DNA of 63,919 nucleotides, filler included, from Octopus bimaculoides (taxonomy: Eukaryota): the NCBI RefSeq assembly GCF_001194135.2. It is 6 parts of 5 records of this genome, joined end to end, with 100 filler letters (N's around TTAATTAATTAA, not from the genome) between each part and the next. Parts side by side here need not be neighbours in the genome. Positions count along the whole stretch, not along the records: positions 31,942 to 53,727 come from NC_068993.1; positions 53,828 to 57,699 come from NC_068991.1; positions 57,800 to 61,526 come from NC_069007.1; positions 61,627 to 63,919 come from NC_068985.1; 2 more parts are not named here. The stretch is one strand, 5' to 3'. This document shows, one piece after another, positions 50,559 through 62,562 of the stretch. The notes beneath the pieces are model-generated. The model made no database searches and was not told the origin of the DNA. It was given only the letters and a program-made list of their open reading frames with translations. The translations under genes and the position numbers were made by a program. Positions within the stretch are counted from its first letter, which is position 1. Each line of letters opens with the position of its first letter.

Positions 50559-52104
50559 CATAATTTATATATAAACTACTTTTATTTACTATTCTGACAC
50601 TTATTGCTTTCGGATTCTTCATCATTTACTGAAGAGCACTAGAGGTTTTGACCTGAGGATAGTAATTTCGAAAATATATTCAACGTAACATTATATTGTA
50701 TATACGTAGCTAAATACTAGATAACAGCTGGAAATTTGACAGACATTTTAAAGTCTATAGCAAGCAATGAACTGCTACTCAAAAGTAGTACGTGTAGTCA
50801 CTGTTAAGAAGAACTATACATGAGATTTGGTTTAAAATGATAATTCGTGTGCAGGAGTGGTAATCATTACTAACAAATATTTTACAAGGCTACATTCCAC
50901 AATAATGCATCGAATGTGTAATTTTACAAATTAGGAAATTGATTAAAATATTTAAAGTTATTTGAAATTGAGAATCTGAATTGAAAGGGCCATCAACCAC
51001 GTGATTCAAATATGACAGTATTTGGTCTAATTTAAAATACCATGCTGACAACCCTAAAACTTCTTTAAAATTTGCATATTTTATAACTATGCAATTTTTA
51101 ATTTGTTGTCATTTATTGTTCCAGATTTTATGCCTGCTTCCGATTTTGCAGTAAATGCAAACTGTGTTTATATCCATAGAGAACATTTCGTTTTTATAGT
51201 GAATATTCAGTTTTAATGTGATAATTTATTACATCTTAGCATTCATTTTTCTTTTTTTTTGCAAAAGCAAGTTAGTAATCGATAATATAACTGACGTAAA
51301 TTTCAAATGCTAAATATTTAATAAGTTGAGATATTCAAAAGTGCTGACATTAATTTTCCCAATGTTTCCACATCACCTGATTGCGTATCGATGCAATTTC
51401 TTTCAAATCTATGTATATCTATGCGTGTCTCATTCGTGTCTTTTTAGGCATAACCATTGGTGCGCGCGCGTGTGTCTATATATGCATTTGAATTCACAGC
51501 AGGGCTTCTCATGTTACACTTTCCGCGTATTGCTTTTTATGACGTTCTATCACCCCTCGAGTATTACTATTCATTTTCTTTATTATTGGGACAATATTTC
51601 ATTAACAAGAACGGTTCAGACATTAGGTTCTTCCTCACCTCATTTATTCTTAGTTGTATTACGCTCTTAACCACTTGACGACATATATTTACAATTATTC
51701 TTTTGCTCTCCATTTTCTTTTTGCATTACATTTGCGTTCAGATATATGGGCTTACGCTTCGTTATCTGAGTCTATCAACTTGACATATTACACTGTCTTC
51801 TTTCCTTCTTCCATTTATTTCATTGTCGGCTCTTATTTCCACTGACACTTTTTATATACTGTCTATCATACATACCTGGTTTCGCAAGCTGTTCCTTATA
51901 TTACTTTTAGTTTTATTCCATTATATTGAACTCTGTCATTTCACTTTATTTGATGTTTTCTTAATTACATTTTTTGTATACTAGCATTTCAACATTTCAC
52001 TATATTTTGCATTTCATGGTTTTTCGTCAAGATATTTTGTTTTCGTCACTGTTAAGTAAATCTTCTCTATCAAATATATGTACCGTTATTCTGTAAATAA
52101 ATTG

Positions 52105-52260
52105 TAGTCGAATTGTTGAGACGTTCTCTTAGCAACCACAAAATCTGGGTTCAAACCCGCAAGCGTTCTTAGGTAAATGATGTTTCATATAACCTCGGAT
52201 CAAACTATGCATTTTTAATGAAGCTGGGTAGACGGAAACTATACAGAAGTCTATCAGGCA
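52105..52260 (+). mobile_element. Old, degenerate SINE family 1 fragment
   Basis: GCAACCACAAAATCTGGGTTCAAACCC and GGTAGACGGAAACT. Confidence 0.5.
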
Positions 52261-52630
52261 TATTGCAGCTGTAATTCAAAAGTTTCTGACATGTCGCACA
52301 CGGTGTCACGTTAAATCTGCTCGAGAATTACGTTATGGACATGTATACTTGTAGAATACTTAGTGACATACACTTAATTCAGGAGCAGAGTATTGAATTG
52401 ATCAAACAACTGAAAAATCACTGATAGACAGAATTCCTTCACCACATCGATGTTGCTCGCTCACTCATATACTCGCCACTTCTGTACTGATCATTTGAAA
52501 TCCCATCTCAAAATGTTACTTTCTTCTCAGAGAGTTGTGTATAATCAGGTATATTCACAAACATATGCTGTTCTTTCCTTTTTCTACTTGATCTCTCTCC
52601 CTCTCCATCTCCCTTCTTCTCTCTCTCTCA

Positions 52631-52690
<60 letters not shown>

Positions 52691-53273
52691 TCAAATTATA
52701 TACGTTCAGCAACCAACAGCCCCAGTTAAGCCATGTATAATATCAGCTGCTGTTCAAGACTGGAATAACTTTTATCCACAAAGTTCTAGTCTTAGTTATG
52801 CTGTCGTAGTATATGCTATGGAGGTACTTTACACGACTGTGAAGGAATTAGCAGAGAGTCGATCACGATTGGCTAGTGTGCAGTGCGGTGGTGTTGCGTT
52901 TATTGCTGTTAATAGATGGCCAGTTCGCTGTCGAATTCCCTCACCGTCTCGAGTGAGCTCCATCAAAGCATGCTTCAAAAATCTAATAGGACATTACCGA
53001 TTCAAGGGTTGAAAGAAGAGGGAAGATCGTTGAGTGGACGTTTGGAAAGAACATTTGCAAGGTAATCGGATCGAAGAATTTGTTAACGTTAAACGAACGT
53101 CTATATGGTGAGAAATTATTATTGAGTGAAATAAAGGAAAGAAAAAATAAGCAGGGTGTAATAACTTGACGCTCGGAAGTCTTTAACATTTCGTGGCAAC
53201 GCTCTTCTATAGAGAGGAATAAGGAGAATAACAAAACAGATAAATTCATAATTACACAGGTTAACATATTGAC

Positions 53274-53349
<76 letters not shown>

Positions 53350-53579
53350 NNNNNNNNNNNNNNNTGTGTGTGTATGTATATGTATATATATAACATATTG
53401 ACATATTGACATATTGACATATATATATATATAATAATATAGATTTAATCAAAAGATTAAACGTTGGTACTTAAAATGTTTGAGGCACCAGAATTTGGTA
53501 GGATAAAAACCAAAAACAAAATCAAGAGATTTGGTGAATAAAGTTTGAGGTCAAGCAACAAAAATTCAATAGGTTATAG

Positions 53580-53663
53580 CAGTACGTACGTTTCGTACAA
53601 GATCCATTTATTCATGTAGTGAGAACACCACAGAAAATACAATGAAAATGTACTCCTCAGCTG
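53580..53663 (-). ncRNA. Type I hammerhead ribozyme motif with a long loop II
   Basis: cag-CTGAGGA-gtaca...tgtac-GAAA-C-GTAC-G-TA-ctg; GUA site. Confidence 0.65.
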
Positions 53664-53727
53664 TCTGTGAAACAGCAGCATAGTCGAGATGTGTTTTCTA
53701 CTCTTACTCTTGTTTTTTGCAAACATC

Positions 53728-53827
53728 NNNNNNNNNNNNNNNNNNNNNNNNNNNNNNNNNNNNNNNNNNNNTTAATTAATTAANNNNNNNNNNNNNNNNN
53801 NNNNNNNNNNNNNNNNNNNNNNNNNNN
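53728..53827. other. Artificial assembly joiner, 44N-TTAATTAATTAA-44N
   Basis: Same spacer as at 11503. Confidence 0.95.
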
Positions 53828-53864
<37 letters not shown>

Positions 53865-54474
53865 TTCTTGGCTCGACTACCAGGCACGAAGCATCTCTTA
53901 TTTCTGACTCTGGATTTTCATCTCTGATGTTCGTCTATGTTCCTGCCTCAAGGCTTTCACTCCACACATGCCAGCTCAATTTGATTTGTCTCTATTAGTC
54001 AAAAGACACCTGTTGTTATTTTCTTGTTGTTTGTTTTTGTAACTGAGTAACATTTTCTCCGTTTTTTTGTTTTGTTTTTTGTCTTTGTTGTCGTATACAT
54101 TCACTTGCTTTCTCCCAAAATATGTAATGCTCTTAGCTTAGATTTTGGGGGCCTGCCAGATTTGAACAATCTCAAGTGTAACCAGCTGAAACTGCAAGGA
54201 TAATCTGGAAACTTGACTGAGGAGAGAAGGCCATAAATGACCCATCCTTGTTTTGTCCCATCTGTCTTTTTATTATTTTTCCTATCCATCTTCATATTGT
54301 CTATCTGTCCAGATGTTTTATTGTTGTCTGTTGCATTCTTGTTCCATTTTTGGGATTTATATATACATATAGTGGCATACATACACTTTTTCTCACAGAG
54401 TAACTGCTGCATTTGTTGAGTATATAAGCAGTTTAGCTACTTGTTTCTCTGGAAATTGTCAAAATGATGTGGAC

Positions 54475-54516
54475 ACCTCTGATGAGAACCAATAAGGTTC
54501 GAAAATCATTTAAGGT
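54475..54516 (+). ncRNA. Minimal type I hammerhead ribozyme motif
   Basis: acct-CTGATGA-gaacc-aataa-ggttc-GAAA-a-tcat-t-TA-aggt; all three helices pair; UUA site. Confidence 0.8.
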
Positions 54517-54562
54517 TGCTCATCATTTTTTTAGTCTGCAGAGAAATAACTAAAATTTGCCC

Positions 54563-54597
<35 letters not shown>

Positions 54598-54800
54598 GTT
54601 TAACGTCTGCTTTCAATGCTAGCATGGGTTGGACCATTTGACTGAGGACTGGTGGACCAGGTGGCTACACCAGACTCCAATCTGATTTAGCAGAGTTTCT
54701 ACAGCTGGATGCCCTTCCTAACACCAACCACTCTGAGAGTGTAGTGGGTGCTTTTATGTGCCACCGGCACAAAGGCCAGTCAGGCAGTACTGGCAATGCC
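54563..54800 (-). mobile_element. Retroposon with an RTE-type 3' tail ending in (GAT)n
   Basis: Reverse complement GGTTGGTGTTAGGAAGGGCATCCAGCTGTAGAAAC...AACCCATGCTAGCATTGAAAGCAGACGTTAAACGATGATG; homologous to 57335-57543. Confidence 0.75.
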
Positions 54801-55555
54801 CTGCTTATAATTATACCATATATTATGTATATATATATTAATCGAAGCGTACAGTATTATATATTCATTATGGCTGATCTTACCAATCAGTTTCACATTA
54901 GGGGTTCGATGAAGTTTTAGGTAACAATCCGATTATGGTAATATATGTGTATGTATGTATGTATGTGTTTTCTAGAATACAAATCGAATTCTTCAGACCA
55001 AAATTTACAAGCAAAAAGGATAGGTCAACTTATACACCAAAATGGCTTTAGAGGACCAATAGGATTAGTGAATACAATAGGATTTGCAAACATAGAGATG
55101 ATGTTTGAATATTTACTCTGACATGTTTATACTATATACTATGGTGACTTAGGTGCCAGAAAACATGGTTATGTATATATACACACAGATACACGCATTT
55201 ACTCATAAACGCATATATTTGGATATAATTACTGAGAGATGCTATCCAAGTGAAAGAAAAAATTATTTGTCATTTGTCAAAGTCTAATACTGTTTTTACC
55301 TCAATGTATATTTATTTCTGGTGAGCGTTTTAATTTGCAATCATGAAGATATACATACATGCATGCATACATACATACATACATACAGACAGACAGACAG
55401 ACGGACAGATAGATAGACAGAGAGACATATATATATATGTGTGTATTCTTTCATTCTTTTACTTGTTAGTCATTTAGTTGCATCCATGCTGAAACACCAC
55501 CTTATGTATACACACACACATATATATATATAATGTTTGTATAGGAGTGGCTATA

Positions 55556-55942
55556 GGCGCAGGAGTGGCTGTGTGGTAAGTAGCTTCCTTACCAACCACA
55601 TAGTCCCGGGTTCAGTCCCACTGCGTGTCATCTTGGGCAAGTGTCTTCAACTATAGCCTCGGGCCGACCAAAGCCTTGTGAGTGGATTTGGTAGACAGAA
55701 ACTGAAAGAAGCCCATCGTATATATGTATATATGTGTGTTTGTGTTTGTCCCCCTAGCATTGCTTGACAACCGATGCTGATGTGTTTATGTCCCCGTCAC
55801 TTAGCGGTTCGGCAAAAGAGGTCAATAGAATAAGTACTAGGCTTACAAAGAATAAGTCCCAGGGTCGATTTGCTCGACTAAAGGTGGTGCTCCAGCATGG
55901 CCGCAGTCAAATGACTGAAACAAGTAAAAGAGAGTAAAAGAG
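55556..55942 (+). mobile_element. SINE family 1, full-length reference copy with an uninterrupted target site
   Basis: tRNA-like head with GGTTCAGTCCC B-box, central AAAGCCTTGTGAGTGGATTTGGTAGAC domain, L2-like tail. Confidence 0.92.
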
Positions 55943-56026
55943 AATATATACAAATACATACACACACTCATATATATATATACATTCACACACAAATATA
56001 CATACATTTACATAGTATATATACTT

Positions 56027-56064
<38 letters not shown>

Positions 56065-56372
56065 NNNNNNNNNNNNNNNNNNNNNNNNNNNNNNNNNNNN
56101 NNNNNNNNNNNNNNNNNNNNNNNNNNNNNNNNNNNNNNNNNNNNNNNNNNNNNNNNNNNNNNNNNNNNNNNNNNNNNNNNNNNNNNNNNNNNNNNNNNNN
56201 NNNNNNNNNNNNNNNNNNNNNNNNNNNNNNNNNNNNNNNNNNNNNNNNNNNNNNNCCCATTTATTCATGTTTGTAACTAGTTATCTCTTTCCTTATCAGT
56301 CTGTGTATTTACACATGCTATTTCATAAGCATTGCTTGGTGAGACTTCAAAGTCACGGTCAAATTTTAGTTA

Positions 56373-56411
<39 letters not shown>

Positions 56412-56903
56412 GTACTTATGCATGTATGTATGTATGTACGTATGGACGCATACATATATGTGTGCATATATCTGTTTGTATGTATTCATGTATCATATAT
56501 ATATATACATATGTGTGTGTGAGTGTGCATGTGTACCTATGTATCAATCTCCCTATACAGATATATAATATCTCAGAGTAATTCTTCACACAAAACAAGA
56601 ATTTACAAACAGCAGAGTCTCTTATCATTTTACATCTCATGGGAAATTTTCAATAACCAACAAATAGTGTACAGCAATGACATTTATTCAGATATGCTTT
56701 CAAAGACATAAATCTTTTAGATATATCATACATCTGAAAATAAAGTCAACAATAATTAAATTCTATCTGAGTAGTGGTAGCCCTTATAGTTAAATGATAT
56801 GGAGATTCTTCAGAACAGTTGGTCATACTATTATTATATAATGCATAGACAACTTCTCCGAACACCAGAAATAAGTAATCATTTTTATAGACCAACAACA
56901 TTA

Positions 56904-56960
<57 letters not shown>

Positions 56961-57063
56961 GGTAGTAGTACTAGTGTGCTATTAAAGAATGATAATTCTG
57001 ATGATAACTTTCTTCCCTGTGTGGTTTTAATTAAATACTAGGAAGGTTACTGCTCTAGAATGC

Positions 57064-57118
<55 letters not shown>

Positions 57119-57334
57119 ATCTCAGCCTGTCTCTCTTTCTATCATTTTTATACATGCATATATATGAATAGATATGTGTGTGTACAAACACACGCACATG
57201 CACACATACAGGCACAGACACACATGCACACATGAATATATTTGTGTGTATATATATACATATACATGTAACAGACCTTTGGTGATTTACTGTGCTTGAG
57301 AAGACACGTTCACACCAAAGGAAATTGTAGTCAT

Positions 57335-57542
57335 GGATGGTGCCAGTAACACATAAAAGGCACTCGTAAAGGGCACCCATATCGGTGACATATAAAAGAC
57401 ACTTATGACACTCTTAGAGTGGTTGACATTAGGAAGGGCATCCAGACATAGAAACCATGCCAAACCAGACTGGAACCTGGTGCAGTTATGCTCAAACTGT
57501 CGAACCCATGCCAGCAAGGAAAGCCAACCCTAAAGGATAATG

Positions 57543-57543
<1 letters not shown>
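57335..57543 (+). mobile_element. Retroposon with an RTE-type 3' tail
   Basis: GAGTGGTTGACATTAGGAAGGGCATCCAG...AACCCATGCCAGCAAGGAAAG. Confidence 0.7.
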
Positions 57544-57582
<39 letters not shown>

Positions 57583-57699
57583 GAAGAGAGAGAGAGAGAG
57601 ATACATATATAAACCACTAATTTACGAGGATGTAAACACACCAACATCGGTTGTGAGGTGATGGTGGGGGGACAAAAAAAGACATACAAACACACACGC

Positions 57700-57799
57700 N
57701 NNNNNNNNNNNNNNNNNNNNNNNNNNNNNNNNNNNNNNNNNNNTTAATTAATTAANNNNNNNNNNNNNNNNNNNNNNNNNNNNNNNNNNNNNNNNNNNN
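57700..57799. other. Artificial assembly joiner, 44N-TTAATTAATTAA-44N
   Basis: Same spacer as at 11503. Confidence 0.95.
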
Positions 57800-57850
<51 letters not shown>

Positions 57851-58101
57851 TCTCTCTCTATATATATATATGTATATTTATATGCATATGTATATTTATA
57901 TGCATGTATATATTTATATACATGTACATTTATATGCATATATATTTATACAGATATATATATATGTATGTATGTATGTATATGTATATATATATATAAT
58001 ATGTATGTATGTATGTATGTATATGTATATATATATATAATATATATGTATATATATATCTATGTATGTATATATACATATATATATATATATGTATGTA
58101 T

Positions 58102-58136
<35 letters not shown>

Positions 58137-58679
58137 TACATATATANNNNNNNNNNNNNNNNNNNNNNNNNNNNNNNNNNNNNNNNNNNNNNNNNNNNNN
58201 NNNNNNNNNNNNNNNNNNNNNNNNNNNNNNNNNNNNNNNNNNNNNNNNNNNNNNNNNNNNNNNNNNNNNNNNNNNNNNNNNNNNNNNNNNNNNNNNNNNN
58301 NNNNNNNNNNNNNNNNNNNNNNNNNNNNNNNNNNNNNNNNNNNNNNNNNNNNNNNNNNNNNNNNNNNNNNNNNNNNNNNNNNNNNNNNNNNNNNNNNNNN
58401 NNNNNNNNNNNNNNNNNNNNNNNNNNNNNNNNNNNNNNNNNNNNNNNNNNNNNNNNNNNNNNNNNNNNNNNNNNNNNNNNNNNNNAAAAAATAATGATCA
58501 GGTACTGAGATGTCTGGATGGTTGTATATTTACAGATTTCTATTCATATGTCACATGTTTTATAAATTAGCGCTCTCACCTAGTCTTGTAGGCTTATCAA
58601 ATTTTGATTACATCTTGAGAGAATGTTTCTTTTTATAGTATTATTGAATGTGGAGGGGTGGAGATACGAAGGCCTTCTT

Positions 58680-58820
58680 TCAATTTCCGTCTACCAAATC
58701 CACTCACAGGGCTTTGGTCGACCCGAGGCTGTAGTAAAGACAAGGTGCCATGCAAAGGGAGTGAACCCGGAACCACGGTGTTTGGGAAGTAAACTTCTTA
58801 CCACACAACCACGCCTGTAC
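58680..58820 (-). mobile_element. SINE family 1, 5' half
   Basis: Reverse complement GTACAGGCGTGGTTGTGTGGTAAGAAGTTTACTTCCCAAAC...TGAGTGGATTTGGTAGACGGAAA. Confidence 0.85.
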
Positions 58821-59352
58821 ATTTGTATATATTCATATATAAATACCCGTATACCTATACGTCTATTCATATGGTTATTCATATTACATATGTATACCTA
58901 TCTGTCTGTCTGTCTGTGTATAGGTATGTTTTACTTTTCCTTGAGCTTTATTTTTGAGTTAAGAGATTTGATTGACGAGATTTCCCGGTGTTATTAAATA
59001 TGTGGCTGAGGTGATGTGTTGATTGAGCTGTCGATGCATTCACCTGAGTTTGTGCATCTATTCACATAAGAATCTCAGATGCAGAATTTTTGGAATGTCT
59101 TACAGATCTTCACTGTGCCACTGATAGATTGGATTTGGAGAATCCATGTCAGTTTCTTTTGCTCTTTCCTCGAAAAATTTAGTATTTCTCGGTTTTGGAG
59201 TAAATTGTAGACACAATCAAATGTACGTATGATATTAGGTACAAATAAAAATTTATTCTTAGGGTACAAAACATGTATGTATGTATGTATGTACGTGCGT
59301 ACGTACATACATGAGGAAGTGGACAAACGAAGGAAAGTAGGCATTACATACA

Positions 59353-59762
59353 CTAATATTTTGCTTCTCCTAGCCAGTCACTGTGGCCATACTGGGGCGC
59401 CACTATAATGTGAATACTGCTAGTTTATTTCATCTCACTCCCATCTCTGGTTTTAAGTTCTGGTAAATCGGCAAGTTGGACAAACAAAACTAGTCCTCTT
59501 TGCTTTCCTTGCTGTGATGTCGGTTCATCTGGGTATGTCTTTGAAGACATCCACGACTACGCCTTGTTGAACTCTGAGGACGTCTGGTTAGGTATTAAAA
59601 AGCTGTGATTCCTTGAACCCTTAACTCTTGCAGTGTTTGGTCCTCACTCTAGATTTGAAAGAGTGAGACCTTGGGTAACAAGCAATGACGTTTCCTGTTC
59701 GGTGGCTGATATAGTTTTTAATCCCAATGTTAGGCGCCAGAGTCTCTAGGATCTTCCATATG
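59353..59762 (-). mobile_element. L2/CR1-type LINE 3' end (copy a)
   Basis: IWKILETLAPNIGIKNY...; tail GGCGCCCCAGTATGGCCACAG. Confidence 0.75.
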
Positions 59763-59847
59763 AGTTTGTATACATGTATATATATACGTGTGATTGTGCG
59801 TGTGTATGTGTGTGCGTGTGTATAATCAGAGTGTATCCATATCGGCT

Positions 59848-59930
59848 ACCTCTGATGAGCGTAGGGTTGTATAATCGGATTGTTACCTAACACTTCGTTG
59901 TACCCTTAGCGCGAAACCGAGTGGTAAGAT
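59848..59930 (+). ncRNA. Type I hammerhead ribozyme motif with a branched or extended helix II
   Basis: acct-CTGATGA-gcg(tagggt...acccttag)cgc-GAAA-CC-GAGT-GG-TA-agat; GUA site; one mismatch in helix I. Confidence 0.72.
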
Positions 59931-59995
59931 CAGCTGTTCTTGATATATAATTCTATATACTTCGGATAATATATATCTATATGTATATATATCCA

Positions 59996-60385
59996 TATTC
60001 TTTCATTCGTTTCACCCATGCAGCTGCGGTCATGCTGGAGCACCACCGTGGTGTTTCACATCACCACTCTTGTATGTGCCTCTGTCCTAGCTGTTGGCCC
60101 ATTTGGTGTATGAGGGAATTTAATTTCGCTGCCCTCGTCTGTACCTCATGCTGGGCCGTTCATCCGGTTTTGTGGACAGGAAGATATCTATTTCCTTTTT
60201 GACGACATCTATGTCCACATGTAGATTTCTTTATTTTTGAGTAGGGCATTGAAGAGCTGTGGTGCCTTTGAACCTCAGGCTTTTGCACTCCCTGGTCCTG
60301 AATTACAAAGGTACAATACAATGGCATACAGTTCTGGTATTTGTATAAGATCCAATTGGGTGCTAGCCCTCCTGGAGTATTTATA
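59996..60385 (-). mobile_element. L2/CR1-type LINE 3' end (copy b)
   Basis: RNLHVDIDVVKKEIDIFLSTKPDE...TRAAKLNSLIHQ; tail GGTGGTGCTCCAGCATGACCGCAG. Confidence 0.8.
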
Positions 60386-60736
60386 TTTGAGTGTGTATAT
60401 ATATCATATACATATAAATATACATGCACGTAATATATATATNNNNNNNNNNNNNNNNNNNNNNNNNNNNNNNNNNNNNNNNNNNNNNNNNNNNNNNNNN
60501 NNNNNNNNNNNNNNNNNNNNNNNNNNNNNNNNNNNNNNNNNNNNNNNNNNNNNNNNNNNNNNNNNNNNNNNNNNNNNNNNNNNNNNNNNNNNNNNNNNNN
60601 NNNNNNNNNNNNNNNNNNNNNNNNNNNNNNNNNNNNNNNNNNNNNNNNNNNNNNNNNNNNNNNNNNNNNNNNNNNNNNNNNNNNNNNNNNNNNNNNNNNN
60701 NNNNNNNNNNNNNNNNNNNNNNNNNNNNNNNNNNNN

Positions 60737-60770
<34 letters not shown>

Positions 60771-60870
60771 GAAGGCGCGTGGTTTAGTGATTAGTGTATT
60801 CGACTCGCAGTTGTAGAGTCGCGAGTTCGATTCCCGGCAGCGCGTTGTATCCTTCAGCAAGACACTTTAG
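60771..60870 (+). mobile_element. tRNA-derived SINE head (third family or tRNA pseudogene)
   Basis: GGCGCGTGGTTTAGTGATTAG A-box, GAGTTCGATTCCC B-box, then CCTTCAGCAAGACACTT. Confidence 0.65.
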
Positions 60871-60946
60871 CTGGTACAAATGAGTAGTGCCTATATATAT
60901 ATATATACGCACGTATGTATGTATACATGTATGTATGTATGTATGT

Positions 60947-61420
60947 ATTTGTGCTTCAGCCGAGCGACCACGCTCATGCTGTAGCACCAACGTAATTTCG
61001 TAACGTTCCCACAGTCCTTTTCTGTCGTTGATATCTTGCATTCAATGGTATTTAATATCATCACCCCTGCTCGTGCTTCTACCCTGGGTATTTTTCTCAT
61101 TTCGTGCAGGAGGGAGTTTCGCATTACCGCCCTCATCCATACCTCATGCCCGCGACATTCGTTCTTTTCGTATCGTGGATCACAGAAAATCAAATTCGAT
61201 TTGGTAGACATCTGTACCTGGATTATGAGGATTTCTTAATAATTTTGGCAGAGCATTGAAGAGCTGTGAGCCTTTGAATCCCAAATTACGTATATGGTCC
61301 TCACTTTTGATGGAATATACGTTATCTTTGGTACTAAGCAAGTGCGCCAATACCGGCATTTGTATAGGAGTTGATAGCAAATTTAGGATATGATAGCTCT
61401 TCCTATTATAGCTCATCCTG
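60947..61420 (-). mobile_element. L2/CR1-type LINE 3' end (copy c)
   Basis: NLGFKGSQLFNALPKLLRN...DVYQIEFDFL...; tail GGTGCTACAGCATG followed by (TACA)n. Confidence 0.8.
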
Positions 61421-61526
61421 AATTTTCTACGCGTAAATTATTACATATCTCATGTGTCATATATGTATGTGTATGTGTGGGTGTATATAAATATGGATAT
61501 GTATATATATATATATATATATATAT

Positions 61527-61626
61527 NNNNNNNNNNNNNNNNNNNNNNNNNNNNNNNNNNNNNNNNNNNNTTAATTAATTAANNNNNNNNNNNNNNNNNN
61601 NNNNNNNNNNNNNNNNNNNNNNNNNN
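61527..61626. other. Artificial assembly joiner, 44N-TTAATTAATTAA-44N
   Basis: Same spacer as at 11503. Confidence 0.95.
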
Positions 61627-62014
61627 AACCGATCACTGACGTCCATTCAGCCGATATACATTAAGTGCCGACTACATAAACAAACGATTCTGAAACAATT
61701 AACCCTAACCCTAACCCTAAAGCAAATTTAAAATGAAAAAAGCAAATAAAACGAAGGTATGGAGATTAAATACGCTTTACATCGCTTAATCAGCCAAAGG
61801 AGTAAATCTAAACAACTGAATACTTGTCAGTGATTGGTTGAAATTATCGAAATAAGACAATTTTTTTACATGAAATAAATTCGAATACAAAAATATTTTT
61901 CTGTTCTATAACACAAAATAGATAAGTATACGAAGTTTGAAAGTCTTTCGGTACCAAAAACACTACGTAAAACATTAATGAAAAATGTGGCCCCCGTTTT
62001 AAAAAAGATCCGTA
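61627..62014 (+). mobile_element. Tc1/mariner-type MITE, right part, with internal (CCCTAA)3
   Basis: Ends TTAATGAAAAATGTGGCCCCCGTTTTAAAAAAGATCCGTA then TA, the reverse complement of the TIR at 63674. Confidence 0.75.
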
Positions 62015-62562
62015 TATGCTTATATTTTTTTATACATACATGCATCTATATTATTATATATGCGTATGTGCGATTAGGTTCACACTCACATATACTTGTA
62101 TGTGTACATAAGGTTATCATCGTAAGTATTTGCGTACATATCAACATATGTATCTATATACGTGATGCTATATACAATATTGTGTACGCATATATGCGCA
62201 ATCTAAATTCTATGCACGTTTACTATATGTTCTTGCTTATTTTCTCTCTCTACTTCTTCCTTCCTATTACCAGCCTTTCTCTCTCTTTTCTTCCTTTGCT
62301 ATCTTTCTTTTTTTCCATTTCTTTCTTTATTCTCTTTCTTTCTTCTTTTCATTTTTTATGACAACTGCATTCCCCCACCACCCCCTTTCCCATATTCAAC
62401 GTTATTATAGATACGTTATTATTTACCCCTCCACTCCATAGCTTAAGATACAATTTTCATTACCAGCGGCATAGATTTTTCACGCGCAAACTTAAATGCG
62501 TTTGTGTGTATATGTGTGTAGATTTGTACTTATGTATATATCTGTGCCTTGTNNNNNNNNNN

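Noticed and set aside
50629-50685. Hammerhead-like CTGAAGA/CTGAGGA...GAAAATATATTC
   Set aside because: Helix II and helix I do not pair; at most a dead remnant
61700-61720. (CCCTAA)3 as an interstitial telomere or chromosome-fusion relic
   Set aside because: Only three units, internal to a MITE
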